Source: Bacteriovoracaceae bacterium | GTDB taxonomy: Bacteria; Bdellovibrionota; Bacteriovoracia; Bacteriovoracales; Bacteriovoracaceae | Reading direction: 5' to 3' | Length of the DNA: 64,000 nucleotides | Assembly: GCA_021737405.1 (NCBI GenBank) | Contig: JAIPEG010000009.1 | Coordinates: 5,028 to 69,027, forward strand | Part shown: piece by piece, positions 53,897 through 64,000 of the stretch | Layout: each line of letters opens with the position of its first letter | Numbering within the stretch: the first letter of the stretch is position 1 | The notes under the pieces: model-generated | The model's input: only the letters and a program-made list of their open reading frames with translations | What the model was told of the DNA's origin: nothing | The model's database searches: none | Position numbers and translations under genes: made by a program

Positions 53897-55216
53897 TTAG
53901 TTTACCAAAGGATAGAGCTTTAAAGAGCGTGAGAAAATATCGCCTACATGTTTTGTGAAAATCTTTTTTATTTCTTCAAAGGTAGGGCGAGGAAGCTCAA
54001 TTTTATAACCTAATTCATCCATTATTTTAACGAGGCTCTCATGAAAGACTTCGGCACTTCCAGCCTCTGCCCCTTTAAAAGCAGCTTCTTGAACATAGTA
54101 GTAGAGATCTTCTCTTTTGAAATTGGTATTTTCTATGAGGTGGTGAAGGTAATAACTAGAGAGATAGTTATGGCCTTCCATTACGCGAGCTTCAATTTTT
54201 TCGTTATGAAAAACGAGATCCCTTACAGTATCGCGCAAGCGAGCCAGAGAGTAGAAAAGCACACCAAAGTTGTCTGGAAGCATGAGTCTCTCAGCAGAAG
54301 AGTGACTAATATCTCTTTCATGCCAGAGAACAATATTTTCAGCAGCAATTAATGTGTGTGAGCGCAATACGCGGGCCATGCCCGTTAAGTTTTCACCACT
54401 AATGGGATTCTTTTTGTGAGGCATTGTTGAAGAGCCTTTTTGACCCTTTTTAAAGCCCTCGTGAAGTTCTCCAACATCTGAGCGGTGGAGGTGACGGATT
54501 TCAACGGATAGTCTCTCCATGGCGCCAGCAATTAGAGCGTGAATATTAACCATTTTAGCGATTCGGTCCCTTGGAATAACTTGAGTGCTTAAAGGCTCTA
54601 CTTTTAGGCCTAGCTCTTTCGCGGCCAAGGCCTCTTGTTCAGGAGTCAAAATAGTGTAGTTACCAACGGCTCCAGAGAATTGAACCGTGAGTTCATTGTT
54701 ATAAAACTCTAAAAGATCCTGATAGCGACGAGCAAATTCATTGTAGTGGCCCAATATTTTTTGACCAAAACTCATGGGCTCAGCATACATGCCGTGTGAG
54801 CGGCCCATCGTTATGACTTCTTTCATCTCCTGGGCGCGATCATGGAGAGTGTGCAATAGGTCTTTAAAGACTGGCATAATAACGTCAAGAGAGCGCTTCA
54901 TTTGCACAACGGTTGCAGAGTCAATGATGTCTGATGAAGTAACTCCGAAATGAAAGTACTTGCCCGTCTCAGCGTCGAGGTTTTCAGTTATAGAGGTACA
55001 AAAAGCAATAACATCGTGGCGAGTTTGAGCTTCAATCTCATTAATTCTCTCAACGTTAATAACAGCTTTTTCGCGAATCTTACTGGCAGTGCCCTTTGGA
55101 ACTTTATTGCCTTCTAGAGATTTAAGGATGGCGAGTTCTACTTCAAGATAGGTCGAAAATTTTGCTTTTTCGTTCCAGAGCTCAGAAATTTCTGAGCGGT
55201 CGTAGCGGGGTATCAT
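53897..55216 (-). CDS. purB: adenylosuccinate lyase
   Basis: MIPRYDRSEISELW...EVELA, GSSTMPHKKNP signature. Confidence 0.9.
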   Translation of the reverse strand: MIPRYDRSEISELWNEKAKFSTYLEVELAILKSLEGNKVPKGTASKIREKAVINVERINEIEAQTRHDVIAFCTSITENLDAETGKYFHFGVTSSDIIDSATVVQMKRSLDVIMPVFKDLLHTLHDRAQEMKEVITMGRSHGMYAEPMSFGQKILGHYNEFARRYQDLLEFYNNELTVQFSGAVGNYTILTPEQEALAAKELGLKVEPLSTQVIPRDRIAKMVNIHALIAGAMERLSVEIRHLHRSDVGELHEGFKKGQKGSSTMPHKKNPISGENLTGMARVLRSHTLIAAENIVLWHERDISHSSAERLMLPDNFGVLFYSLARLRDTVRDLVFHNEKIEARVMEGHNYLSSYYLHHLIENTNFKREDLYYYVQEAAFKGAEAGSAEVFHESLVKIMDELGYKIELPRPTFEEIKKIFTKHVGDIFSRSLKLYPLVN

Positions 55217-55238
55217 GTTGCCTCCAGCAGATCATCAT

Positions 55239-55988
55239 TTAAAAATAGAAACTTAAATCAATTCCAAAGCTTAGCCAAGAGAGGACTTGACTGCGCTGCG
55301 ACGATGTTTCCCCTTCAAACTCTGCGGAACGTTCAACATGGGCCAGGTGATAACTCATTTTAAGGCCGTAGTGAAAAGAGGGGCTAGAGCGGCGATGAAG
55401 GCCAAAATCACATTTTAGACCAGGTCCACTATAGCTTTTGACTCTTAAGTTTTGAGTGTAATTGTACCAACCAATGCCTGCGGCCGTGGTGGTAAACATT
55501 TTATCAGAATTTACGAGGTCTTGAATCCAGGTGCCTCGATAGGAAAGAGAAGCACCAAAAGCAAGCACAGAGTCCTCACTTTCTCTAAGCTCATCTGTGA
55601 CCGCTCCTTCTGAGGGATTATTTTCTGTCAGCTCCTCAAAGTTACCCGTTGCCCTAAAGCCAAAGAACTCCACCCACGCATGTTCAAAGCGATGGGCATA
55701 GATAAACTCAAGGGACTGAACGGCCGTAAGTGCTGTTAAGTCATTGTTAAGGTGATAGAGAAAACTGGTGCGGTTAGCATCTTTATCTGTGTTGTAATCA
55801 CTTAAAAAGAGTCCCGTTTCTACATCTCTTCTTTTGAGAACAGTGCCTCGTTTTAAGGAGTCAATATCTTCAAGCTCTTCTTGGGTAAATGTTTTAGTAA
55901 GACTCTCGTCTGATGGTTCACCATCAAATTGAGCAAAAGTATTTGAGAGTAAAAGAAGCCCAAAAAGGAGTGACAAGGATTTCATCAT
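55239..55988 (-). CDS. hypothetical outer-membrane beta-barrel protein
   Basis: Signal peptide and C-terminal LSFYF. 4-nt overlap with the upstream TolC-like gene. Confidence 0.45.
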   Translation of the reverse strand: MMKSLSLLFGLLLLSNTFAQFDGEPSDESLTKTFTQEELEDIDSLKRGTVLKRRDVETGLFLSDYNTDKDANRTSFLYHLNNDLTALTAVQSLEFIYAHRFEHAWVEFFGFRATGNFEELTENNPSEGAVTDELRESEDSVLAFGASLSYRGTWIQDLVNSDKMFTTTAAGIGWYNYTQNLRVKSYSGPGLKCDFGLHRRSSPSFHYGLKMSYHLAHVERSAEFEGETSSQRSQVLSWLSFGIDLSFYF

Positions 55989-57427
55989 TTCACTGACTCC
56001 TTTGGAATACCGAGGTTTTCAAAACTCTTGCCTGGAAGTTCATCAACACCCATTTCTTGAGCAAGAAGAACTTTTTCACGAGTATGAAGGTAATAGCGCT
56101 CGGCCAAGGCTGCATCGCTATACACAGATTCCAAAAGGGCATCTGAAAAGTTTATAAAAGCTGTTTTTCTATCGAGATAGTTTTCAAGAATGACATCGAA
56201 AGTTTTATTATTTGTCTCACTAGCTGCTTCTAGTACCCGAATTTGCTGTTCATAAGTTCTAGCGCGATAGTAAGAGCGTTGAAGGTCAGAAAGAGTTTTG
56301 TGCCGAGCTTCTGCCAGTTGGCTGTAGCTTAATTGACGACCTATAAGACTCTTCTCAGTCGTTCTTTGGTTAAAAAATCCACCAACACCAGTAATGCTCC
56401 ACGAGGCATTTATACTGGCCCGAAGGTCGATCTCGTTGTTAGCGAGACCACTTTCATAGCGGGTAGTACTAACTCCAGGGGCGAAGCGGTGGGTGTAAGC
56501 TCCAAGGTTCACTGAAAACTTGGGAAGCGGAAGGTTTTCTCTTAATTGAATCTGATAAGATCTTTTGGCGTTATTAACGTCCTTTGTGGACTCAAGAATT
56601 TCTGGATTATTAGAGATAGCTATTTTCTCTGCTTCTTCAAGTGGCATTTGAATTCGTTGAAAGTCGAGACGATCCTTAAGAATGTAGCGAGTGCCTGGCT
56701 CATCTGTAATTAAGAAGGCCATTTCTTCTTCAGCAAGCCTCTGCTTATTGCTGGCTTCTTGAAAGCTATTTTGGGCCCTTAGATACTCAGAGCGCGCCTG
56801 ATAATATTCTTGGCGATTGATTTTTCTAATGGAAACTTTTTCGCGATTAAATCGGTAAACAAAGGACGTGTGGCGAAGCTGGCGTCTATAAATCTCAACA
56901 AGGCGAGTGAAGTAGGCGAGTTCAAAGTACTTAATAATGACTTCATGTCTAAGTGCTCGTCTTTGTTCTTTAAAGGAGGTTGTTGAACGGCGGTAGGATT
57001 CTTTGTTATTAAGGTAAGCAAGGTAGTCCTTACCCCAATTAAAAACCACATAATCTTGAACACCAAAACTTAAGCTTCCGGTAGGGTGTCTCGAAAAGCC
57101 ACCTCCACCAACATCACCTCTTTTAATGCGGCCGATTCGCTGAGAATTTGTTTGGAGGCTGAGGCTGAGCTGAGGCATCCAGAAAGCTTCTTTAGTATCT
57201 TCCCAATTAAGGTTTAGAACTTCTTCTGAAAAGTCTCTTTGATTTTGGTCGTAGTTGGCCCTAAGTGCCTGCTCAATCACAGAGCTCAGGCTAATGGACT
57301 TTGCGCTATCTACTTTAAAGCGATCAGCTGTTTGAATCGCCACGTTCGCAGGAGGTTCTTGGGCTTGAACCTTTGAGAAAACTAGTAAACCTAGCAAAAA
57401 AATAATCAGAAGAGGAATGTCTCTCAA
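55985..57427 (-). CDS. TolC-family outer-membrane channel protein
   Basis: Signal peptide (TTG start). Two OEP-like repeats with coiled-coil heptads. Size is typical of TolC. Confidence 0.65.
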   Translation of the reverse strand: MRDIPLLIIFLLGLLVFSKVQAQEPPANVAIQTADRFKVDSAKSISLSSVIEQALRANYDQNQRDFSEEVLNLNWEDTKEAFWMPQLSLSLQTNSQRIGRIKRGDVGGGGFSRHPTGSLSFGVQDYVVFNWGKDYLAYLNNKESYRRSTTSFKEQRRALRHEVIIKYFELAYFTRLVEIYRRQLRHTSFVYRFNREKVSIRKINRQEYYQARSEYLRAQNSFQEASNKQRLAEEEMAFLITDEPGTRYILKDRLDFQRIQMPLEEAEKIAISNNPEILESTKDVNNAKRSYQIQLRENLPLPKFSVNLGAYTHRFAPGVSTTRYESGLANNEIDLRASINASWSITGVGGFFNQRTTEKSLIGRQLSYSQLAEARHKTLSDLQRSYYRARTYEQQIRVLEAASETNNKTFDVILENYLDRKTAFINFSDALLESVYSDAALAERYYLHTREKVLLAQEMGVDELPGKSFENLGIPKESVK

Positions 57428-57538
57428 CTTAGTAACTCGCTTCTTGCGTTATGTGTGTGTCTGCATTTGTTGTGTGTGATTAAAATTGTAGACTAAACTT
57501 TTTGGGTCGGACAACCCTAAGATGTGATTTCTTTTTAA

Positions 57539-57895
57539 TTAGAGAATGATGCCAGGACACCCTTTTCGAATAATGCTTTCTTCTTTGTTTTGAATTTGAT
57601 TGAGAGTGTGCCTAAGTTCATTTGTAAGGGACTTGTAGTTCTTTCTAAGTTTTACCAAAAGGCTTTTTCTCTCAGGAGGAGTCAGCTTAATGAGGCGCTT
57701 ACTTCTCTCGACGAGTCCTCTGATTTTTTGCTTATGGTCAATTTTTTGGTTTCTCTGCTTAATTAGTGCGCTGCATCTTCTTGAGATAGAAGGATCAGTG
57801 ATAACTGTTTGGCGAAAGTCTTCGGCATAGCTATTCCTGATAACAAGAGTCAACATTAGCGAAGTAAGAAATAGGCCAAAGAGTAATTTACTCAT
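57539..57895 (-). CDS. hypothetical small secreted basic protein
   Basis: Signal peptide MSKLLFGLFLTSLMLTLVIRNSYA. Two Cys (one after the signal peptide, one near the C-terminus). No family recognised. Confidence 0.45.
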   Translation of the reverse strand: MSKLLFGLFLTSLMLTLVIRNSYAEDFRQTVITDPSISRRCSALIKQRNQKIDHKQKIRGLVERSKRLIKLTPPERKSLLVKLRKNYKSLTNELRHTLNQIQNKEESIIRKGCPGIIL

Positions 57896-57999
57896 GAAAA
57901 TAGGATAGCATGTCTTGGCCAAACACATTTGCTAATGGTAATTTCTTTCCTTTATAGATTTAATACCCCTGAGGTATCGCTATTAGCTCACTCAAGGCG

Positions 58000-58737
58000 T
58001 TGGTCCTTATTCCTGCCCGCTATGATTCTTCCCGTTTTCCGGGAAAACCCCTCGCTACCTTTGCAAACAACTCAATGATCTCTCATGTCTATGAAAGAGC
58101 TGCCTCTATTAAACATTTAATCGAGGCAGATATCGAAGTTGCTGTCGTAACTGACGATGACCGCATTGAAAAACACTTACAAGAAAAAGGTCAAAACGTC
58201 GTACGTGTTGATGATCCGGTGGAGAGTGGAACGGAGAGAATCTATCTCGCTTGGAAGCGCCATTTCAAAGAGCGCTCTTTTGATTTTATTATAAATGTTC
58301 AAGGTGACGAGCCTCTTTTGGAGGGGACAGATCTTCAAGAGCTATTAGAATTTCATAACAAAAGTGTTTTTGATATTGCGACGATTGTCGCCGAGAAGAG
58401 TGACTTTAGTGATTTTGGTGATCCCAATCGCGTCAAGGCCGTTTATGAGAAAGGTGATGGGCGATGCCATTATTTTTCTCGAGCAAGTGTTCCTCATGAT
58501 CGTGATGGCGGGCTTTTGAAAAGTTGGTACTTACATATTGGAGTCTATTGCTACCGGGCTGATGCCTTGGAGGGTTTTTGTAAAAATCCAGTTTCAGAAT
58601 TAGAAAGAATTGAAAAGCTTGAACAGTTAAGAGCTCTTGGTTTAGGACTCTCAATAGGTGCCATTGTGGCCAAACATGAATTTATCGGAGTCGACCTACC
58701 TGAAGATATTAAAAAGGTCGAAGGAGTTTTAGGGTGA
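58000..58737 (+). CDS. kdsB: 3-deoxy-manno-octulosonate cytidylyltransferase
   Basis: [28 protein letters not shown] is the only in-frame start after the upstream stop. Confidence 0.85.
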   Translation: MVLIPARYDSSRFPGKPLATFANNSMISHVYERAASIKHLIEADIEVAVVTDDDRIEKHLQEKGQNVVRVDDPVESGTERIYLAWKRHFKERSFDFIINVQGDEPLLEGTDLQELLEFHNKSVFDIATIVAEKSDFSDFGDPNRVKAVYEKGDGRCHYFSRASVPHDRDGGLLKSWYLHIGVYCYRADALEGFCKNPVSELERIEKLEQLRALGLGLSIGAIVAKHEFIGVDLPEDIKKVEGVLG

Positions 58738-60356
58738 ACACAGGAACTAGAAAGGCCCAGAAGAAATTCATTTTCATCACGGGTGGTGTCTCCTCTTCTC
58801 TAGGAAAAGGTTTGGCTTCTGCAGCCGTTGCAAGTTTGTTAGAGAGAAGAGGCATAAAAATAAATATGCTAAAAATGGATCCTTATATAAACGTGGATCC
58901 AGGAACGATGAGCCCTACACAGCACGGTGAAGTGTTTGTTACCGATGATGGAGCAGAGACCGATTTAGATCTGGGTCACTATGAGCGCTTTACCTCTTTA
59001 ACCTTGAATAAGCAGAGTAACTTCACCACTGGCCAAGTTTACATGAAGGTGATTGAAAATGAGAGGGAAGGGAAATACTTAGGGAAAACCGTTCAAGTCG
59101 TTCCCCACATTACCAATGAAATTAAAAGACGAATTCACTTAGCTGCCGAAAACGCTGACTTATTACTCGGAGAAATTGGTGGGACTGTAGGGGATATTGA
59201 ATCTCTCCCTTTTCTTGAGGCCATTCGTCAGTTTGCTCAAGATGTAGGTCATGAAAATGTTCTCTTTGTTCACCTCGTTCTCATTCCTTATTTGAGTGCA
59301 GCTGGTGAGTTAAAATCAAAGCCTGCTCAGCACTCTGTTAAAGAGTTGCGATCAATTGGTCTTTCGCCAAATTTAATTATCTGTCGAAGTGATAGAGAGA
59401 TAGAGCCAAGTATTATTGATAAAATTGCTCTCTTTTGTAACGTTCCAAGACCTCACGTTTTTAGCTCCATTGATATGGACTCTATTTATAAAGTTCCTCT
59501 TAATTTTCATCGTCAGGGTCTTGATGAGAAAATCACAGAGCTTCTTGGCATGTGGACTTCAGCTCCAGATATGAAAGTCCTCGAAAAAGTTGTCCACAAC
59601 TTTGATAATCCTTTAAGGAAGGTTCGTATTGGAATTGTCGGTAAATACACCGAACTAATTGAATCTTATAAGTCTCTAGATGAAGCCCTTATGCATGGAG
59701 CGATGACCAATCAGCTTGAGCTTGTTCCTACTTATATTGATGCCGAAGAAATTGAGGCCGCAAGTGATAAGTCCGAACTTCTCGGAGAGATTGATGGCAT
59801 TTTGGTCCCCGGTGGTTTTGGTGAACGGGGAACCGAAGGAAAAATTCAGGCCATCCAGTATGCTCGTGAAAAAAATATTCCTTTCTTTGGCATCTGCTTA
59901 GGTATGCAGCTTGCGATGGTTGAGTTTGCAAGAAATGTTGCCGGTCTTAAAAATGCGACCTCTGAAGAGTTCGGTCAAAAGGGCGAGTACGTTGTTCACT
60001 ACATGGTAGGCCAAAGTGAGGAGCTTGCAAAAGGTGGAACTATGCGCTTAGGAGCATATGACTGCCATCTGGAAAAGGGCACTCTTGCTCAAAAGGTATA
60101 TGGAAGTGAAAATATCTCAGAAAGACATCGTCACCGTTTAGAAGTTAATAATGAATATGTTGATACTCTTAAAAAGGCTGGAATGGTGATCTCGGGAACA
60201 AACCAGAACTTGAATCTTGTAGAAGTCATAGAGCTTGAGAATCATCCATTCTTTATTGCTTGTCAGTATCACCCCGAATTTAAATCAAAACCTTTTTCTC
60301 CTCACCCTTTATTTAAGTGTTTCATAGAAGAAGCAGGTAAGACTTCAAAGGAATAA
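58734..60356 (+). CDS. pyrG: CTP synthase
   Basis: [21 protein letters not shown], GATase motif GICLGMQ. GTGA overlap with kdsB. Confidence 0.9.
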   Translation: MNTGTRKAQKKFIFITGGVSSSLGKGLASAAVASLLERRGIKINMLKMDPYINVDPGTMSPTQHGEVFVTDDGAETDLDLGHYERFTSLTLNKQSNFTTGQVYMKVIENEREGKYLGKTVQVVPHITNEIKRRIHLAAENADLLLGEIGGTVGDIESLPFLEAIRQFAQDVGHENVLFVHLVLIPYLSAAGELKSKPAQHSVKELRSIGLSPNLIICRSDREIEPSIIDKIALFCNVPRPHVFSSIDMDSIYKVPLNFHRQGLDEKITELLGMWTSAPDMKVLEKVVHNFDNPLRKVRIGIVGKYTELIESYKSLDEALMHGAMTNQLELVPTYIDAEEIEAASDKSELLGEIDGILVPGGFGERGTEGKIQAIQYAREKNIPFFGICLGMQLAMVEFARNVAGLKNATSEEFGQKGEYVVHYMVGQSEELAKGGTMRLGAYDCHLEKGTLAQKVYGSENISERHRHRLEVNNEYVDTLKKAGMVISGTNQNLNLVEVIELENHPFFIACQYHPEFKSKPFSPHPLFKCFIEEAGKTSKE

Positions 60357-60360
60357 TTTT

Positions 60361-61158
60361 ATGAGCCAATCATTTATGATCTTTAGTGGCCCTTGTGTAC
60401 TTGAAAGTGAAGACCTTGCGATGGAAGTTGCAGAGTCTCTTAAAGAGCAGTTGAGTGTTTTTGGAAATAAAATTGAGCTTACCTTTAAAGGCTCTTTCGA
60501 TAAGGCCAATCGAACAAGTATCGATTCTTATCGTGGACCAGGTCTTGAAAAAGGGCTCAAAATTCTTGAGGCCGTAAAAGCAAAAACGGGTCTTCCTGTC
60601 ATCACCGATTTTCACCTTCCTGATCAGGCGGAAGAGATTGCGAGTGTTGTCGATACTCTACAGATTCCTGCTTTTCTTTGTCGTCAAACAGATATGATTG
60701 TTGCAGGGGCAAAAGCCTGTGAAAAACATGGTAGGCGTTTAAAAGTTAAAAAGGGACAATTCTTAAGTCCTGAAGAAACAAAGAATATCGTAGATAAAGC
60801 GGTCAACTTTTTGATGAAAGATAAAATTCTTCTCACTGAAAGGGGATCTTCTTTTGGTTACAATAATCTAATCGTTGATATGGCCTCATTTTCGATTATG
60901 AAGTCTTTTGGGGTAAGAACTGTTCATGATGCTACTCACTGTGTGCAAAGACCTGGAGGTCTAGGCAATAAAACGGGTGGGAAGAGAGAGCAAATTCTCG
61001 TGCTTGCCAGAGCTGCTGTTGCCGCTGGTGCCGATGGTGTATTCATGGAGTGCCACCCCGAACCAGATAAGGCCAAGAGTGATGCAAGTACTTCTTTGGA
61101 ACTTACAAAAGTAAAAGGAATTGTTGAATCTCTTTTAAGAATACGTGAGGCCCTTTAA
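60361..61158 (+). CDS. kdsA: 3-deoxy-8-phosphooctulonate synthase
   Basis: IFSGPCVLES, KGSFDKANRTS, KVKKGQF, HDATHCVQ. Confidence 0.9.
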   Translation: MSQSFMIFSGPCVLESEDLAMEVAESLKEQLSVFGNKIELTFKGSFDKANRTSIDSYRGPGLEKGLKILEAVKAKTGLPVITDFHLPDQAEEIASVVDTLQIPAFLCRQTDMIVAGAKACEKHGRRLKVKKGQFLSPEETKNIVDKAVNFLMKDKILLTERGSSFGYNNLIVDMASFSIMKSFGVRTVHDATHCVQRPGGLGNKTGGKREQILVLARAAVAAGADGVFMECHPEPDKAKSDASTSLELTKVKGIVESLLRIREAL

Positions 61159-61709
61159 TGGAAATGCGTGATCTTAAAGTAGAGGCGATAAAGTTTGAAG
61201 AGAAATTGAAAAAAATTAAAGTCTGTGCATTTGATGTTGATGGCGTCTTAACTGATGGCAAGGTCTGGTGGGCAGGCGAAGAGATCGGTTGGAATAGGGC
61301 CACTCATACTCTTGATGGTTATGGACTGGTTCTTTTAAAGAGACTTGGCTACAAAGTTGGAGTCATCACCGGGGGCGACTCCCTAAGTATCAAAAAGAGA
61401 TTTACTGATAATTTAAATCTTGATTTTGTTTATTCTGGAAATGAAGACAAGAGAGAAGCCTATAAACTATTATTGGCACAAGGATTTGATAAATCTGAAA
61501 TTCTTTATATGGGTGATGAACATTTTGATATGCCCTTATTAAAAGTCTCAGGATTCTCGGCTACTGTGCCTAATGCTAGTATCGAAGTCAGAGAATGTGT
61601 TGATTATGTCACTCAGACAAAAGGAGGAGAAGGGGCTGTTCGTGAAGTTATCGACCTTCTTCGTTTTGCCTGTGGAATTGGACCACAAATTCCAGAATTT
61701 AATATCTAG
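61158..61709 (+). CDS. kdsC: KDO 8-phosphate phosphatase (HAD-IIIA)
   Basis: VCAFDVDGVLTDG, GVITGGDS, YMGDEHFDMP, GGEGAVREV. 1-nt overlap with kdsA. Confidence 0.75.
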   Translation: MEMRDLKVEAIKFEEKLKKIKVCAFDVDGVLTDGKVWWAGEEIGWNRATHTLDGYGLVLLKRLGYKVGVITGGDSLSIKKRFTDNLNLDFVYSGNEDKREAYKLLLAQGFDKSEILYMGDEHFDMPLLKVSGFSATVPNASIEVRECVDYVTQTKGGEGAVREVIDLLRFACGIGPQIPEFNI

Positions 61710-61721
61710 GGGAGGGGGTTT

Positions 61722-61997
61722 ATGAAACCAATTGATCCAGAGAAATTTCATGAGCTAAAAGAACTTCTTCAAACTGAAGAGACATTTCCTTTAAAATATA
61801 TGTTTAAATTTATTGTTCCGACTGGAAAACTGAGTGAAATTCTCTCACTTTTCCCTGAGGAAAAAAATCTAAGTACAAAACCGAGCTCCAAAGGGAGCTA
61901 TATTTCTGTTACAGTGATAAGGTTAATGAAAAATGCTGATGAGATTATTAAAGTCTATGAGTCAGTTTCTGTGATTGAGGGAGTTCTCTCCCTTTAA
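61722..61997 (+). CDS. DUF493/YbeD-like small protein
   Basis: FPLKYMFKFIVP pattern. 91 aa. Confidence 0.5.
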   Translation: MKPIDPEKFHELKELLQTEETFPLKYMFKFIVPTGKLSEILSLFPEEKNLSTKPSSKGSYISVTVIRLMKNADEIIKVYESVSVIEGVLSL

Positions 61998-62012
61998 ATT
62001 TGAGAGGGATGC

Positions 62013-63050
62013 ATGAAAGAGAAGAAATATAAGAAAGCGTTAGTTATCGGCGCTGGTGCTTTTGGGACCTCTATTGCAACCGTTTTGGCCTCAAATTTTG
62101 AAAATGTCATCCTTAAGGTTCGCTCAAAAGATGTTTATGATGCCATTAAAAATGGTGAAAACTCCGTTTATCTTCCAGATCTTCCCATTCCAGCAAATTT
62201 AAAGCCAGCCCTCACTTGGGAGGAAGTCGACTCTTATGGCCAGGAAGATTATGAGCTTTTAGTTAGTGGTTTACCGACTGCTGGAATTTCAGAATTCTTC
62301 TTAGAAAATAAGGAGCGCTTTGATAATTATCTTAAACAAGGAATATCAATTGTCTCGCTTAGCAAGGGGATTGATCCAGTAACGCTAGAGATGGCCGATG
62401 ACCTCTTCTTTGATTTATTTCCAAAATACCGTGAAAACTTCACCTTCTTAAGTGGGCCAAGCTTTGCTAAAGAAATCATGATGGAGCAAATCACCTTGTC
62501 CACCCTCGCAGGGCGAAGCCGTAAAGTTGTAATGCAAGTGATGGAAATGTTGGAGGCACCTTACTTCAAATGCCTTGGATCTTATGATGTTAAAGGAGTG
62601 CTTCTTGGAGGGGCCTTGAAAAACGTCATCGCGATCGCTGGTGGAATTATCGAGGGGCTTGGTTATAATCACAACACAAGAGCCGCCATGATCACGAGAG
62701 CGATTGCTGAAATGTTGCGCTTTGGTCAGGTCTTTAATGCTAGACCTGAAACATTCTATGGGTTGTCAGGCATGGGAGATCTTATTCTCACTACAACTGG
62801 CGGACTTTCTCGAAATAAGAATTTTGGTTTAGAGCTCGCCAAAGGGCGGACACCAGAAGAGATTATTAGGAGTCAACGTACGGTTGTTGAAGGTTATAAA
62901 ACAGCAAAAGCCGCGTTTCATCTTTCAGAGCGCTATCAAATTCGAGCGATGATCTTTCAAGGGGTCTATAAAGTGCTCTATGAGGGCCTTGAGGCGCGCA
63001 CGGTGATTGAATCAATGATGCGAGTGCCGGCAAAGTTTGAATTAGAATAA
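62013..63050 (+). CDS. gpsA: NAD(P)H-dependent glycerol-3-phosphate dehydrogenase
   Basis: VIGAGAFGTSIATVLA, SGPSFAKE, LKNVIAIAGG, GLSGMGDLILT. Confidence 0.9.
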   Translation: MKEKKYKKALVIGAGAFGTSIATVLASNFENVILKVRSKDVYDAIKNGENSVYLPDLPIPANLKPALTWEEVDSYGQEDYELLVSGLPTAGISEFFLENKERFDNYLKQGISIVSLSKGIDPVTLEMADDLFFDLFPKYRENFTFLSGPSFAKEIMMEQITLSTLAGRSRKVVMQVMEMLEAPYFKCLGSYDVKGVLLGGALKNVIAIAGGIIEGLGYNHNTRAAMITRAIAEMLRFGQVFNARPETFYGLSGMGDLILTTTGGLSRNKNFGLELAKGRTPEEIIRSQRTVVEGYKTAKAAFHLSERYQIRAMIFQGVYKVLYEGLEARTVIESMMRVPAKFELE

Positions 63051-63323
63051 TTATTCAATAGCGCGAATGAGAAACAGTGGGACTTAAAACAAAATCAATA
63101 CCCCTAAGGGGGGAAGGGATTCCTCCATCCGCGAGTCTTGCTTCTGCAGTTGTGTTTTCTGCTTTGTTTCTTAAAATACGATTAGCATTTGTAAAGTTAG
63201 TAGAGAGCATTAGTTTCTTCTTCAACCTTTTCAACATCACTGCCTTAATGGAGTTTAAATTAATCTCAAAGCTTTAACGGTTTTTGATGAATTTAAAAGG
63301 GCCAAATTTTGGTGGTAATTTTC

Positions 63324-63992
63324 TTATTTTGTGAAAATCATAAATGACTTTGGAGTATTGAATTCTGTTTTGACCCATTTAAAGCCGATCCCTTCAAGCC
63401 ATTCTCTGTAGTCAGCAGAAGTCCTATAGTGGCCATGCTCCCCAAATTGAAGGAGAAATCCCAGTTGGTCCAGCAACAGTGGAAATCGAACATCTCTATC
63501 AGGGTGGTCTAATAAATTTTCATGAAGGATAAAAGTCCCACCTGGCAAAAGGGCCTCATAAATATTTTTTAAGATATGAGTGCCGGCCTCTTTTTTAAAA
63601 TCATGGAGAAGATAACCACAGAGATAGAGTTTTGATTTGGGAAAGGCTTCTTCAAAAATATTGATCCCCAATAAATGCAGTCGCTTTTCTAATTGATTCT
63701 CTCGAGCTTGTTGCTCGAGTCTATCTTTTAGCTTGGGTAGATCAATGGAGTGACCAACTAGGTTTTTATTTTTTTTAAGAATGGGAATAAGAAAAGATCC
63801 ATCATTTCCACCAACATCGATAACTTCTTTAAAGTCCCTAAAATCGAAGAATTGTGAAAGCTTTTTTCCACCATTTTTTGCGATCTCAGAGAGAAAGGTT
63901 CCAGCGTTGATTTGGATTTTCGCCCACTTTTCAGGTCCCTCTTGATCGTCTGGCAAGGCGAGGTTTTTTTCAAATAAATGATTGCCCATCAC
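63324..63992 (-). CDS. SAM-dependent O-methyltransferase (family 2-like), probably 5-prime truncated by the window end
   Basis: VIDVGGNDGSF SAM motif, then DLP.. and YLLHDF. The frame remains open beyond 63992 to the window edge. Confidence 0.6.
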   Translation of the reverse strand: MMGNHLFEKNLALPDDQEGPEKWAKIQINAGTFLSEIAKNGGKKLSQFFDFRDFKEVIDVGGNDGSFLIPILKKNKNLVGHSIDLPKLKDRLEQQARENQLEKRLHLLGINIFEEAFPKSKLYLCGYLLHDFKKEAGTHILKNIYEALLPGGTFILHENLLDHPDRDVRFPLLLDQLGFLLQFGEHGHYRTSADYREWLEGIGFKWVKTEFNTPKSFMIFTK

Positions 63993-64000
63993 AATACTTT

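Noticed and set aside
57451-57480. Two short (TG)4 runs just upstream of the TolC-like start, considered as a possible phase-variable dinucleotide repeat.
   Set aside because: Four units each, and interrupted, is too short for slipped-strand switching. Probably chance.
63051-63323. 273-nt gap after gpsA with mutually overlapping 61- and 66-aa ORFs (63055..63240 on the minus strand, 63077..63277 on the plus strand) and a CCCCTAAGGGG hairpin. Considered as a small protein gene, ncRNA or terminator.
   Set aside because: There is no convincing SD, no recognisable protein or RNA family, and no U-tract after the hairpin. The region is left unannotated and needs transcript data.
1-64000. Looked for rRNA, tRNA, CRISPR arrays, transposases, integrases, phage genes and known defence-system components.
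   Set aside because: No cloverleaf-like or rRNA-like segment, no regularly spaced repeats and no recombinase, nuclease or helicase-type ORFs were recognised by eye. This is a manual scan, so a small ncRNA could be missed.

Overview
This is a compact bacterial chromosomal window of about 75 genes. It is AT-rich and Gram-negative in type (Kdo/LPS genes, TolC-like and beta-barrel outer-membrane proteins, a Flp/Tad pilus). The many secreted hydrolases fit a Bdellovibrio/Halobacteriovorax-like lineage, but that cannot be verified from sequence alone. Confident housekeeping calls are kdsB-pyrG-kdsA-kdsC, gpsA, purB, ettA, aspartate kinase, sodB, bfd-bfr, mannose-1-P guanylyltransferase, a four-gene nuoB-C-D-I module and the DabB/DabA (MpsAB-type) inorganic-carbon pump. 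Envelope and accessory content includes an O-antigen ligase/SLBB-export/Wzz-like trio, an FNR-type regulator, an S1 protease, two SLT-type lytic transglycosylases, a clostripain (C11) peptidase, an orphan PilB/GspE-type ATPase with a divergent PilZ gene, and a reduced Flp/Tad-like pilus locus. By eye I found no rRNA, tRNA, CRISPR array, transposase, integrase or recognisable defence system. The best candidates for undescribed biology are four. (1) A convergent pair of paralogous 34/38-aa membrane mini-ORFs lies in an apparent intergenic gap beside a large edge-truncated effector-like ORF. (2) A tight DUF4266-DUF3570-TlpA-ApbE-small protein operon has an ApbE without a signal peptide and a flavinylation-like DNYTGAS motif in the predicted barrel. 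(3) The minimal Tad locus carries several unknown small ORFs, with a possible platform protein encoded 3 kb away. (4) The nuoBCDI-CBS module stands alone. All family assignments rest on remembered motifs, not on searches.
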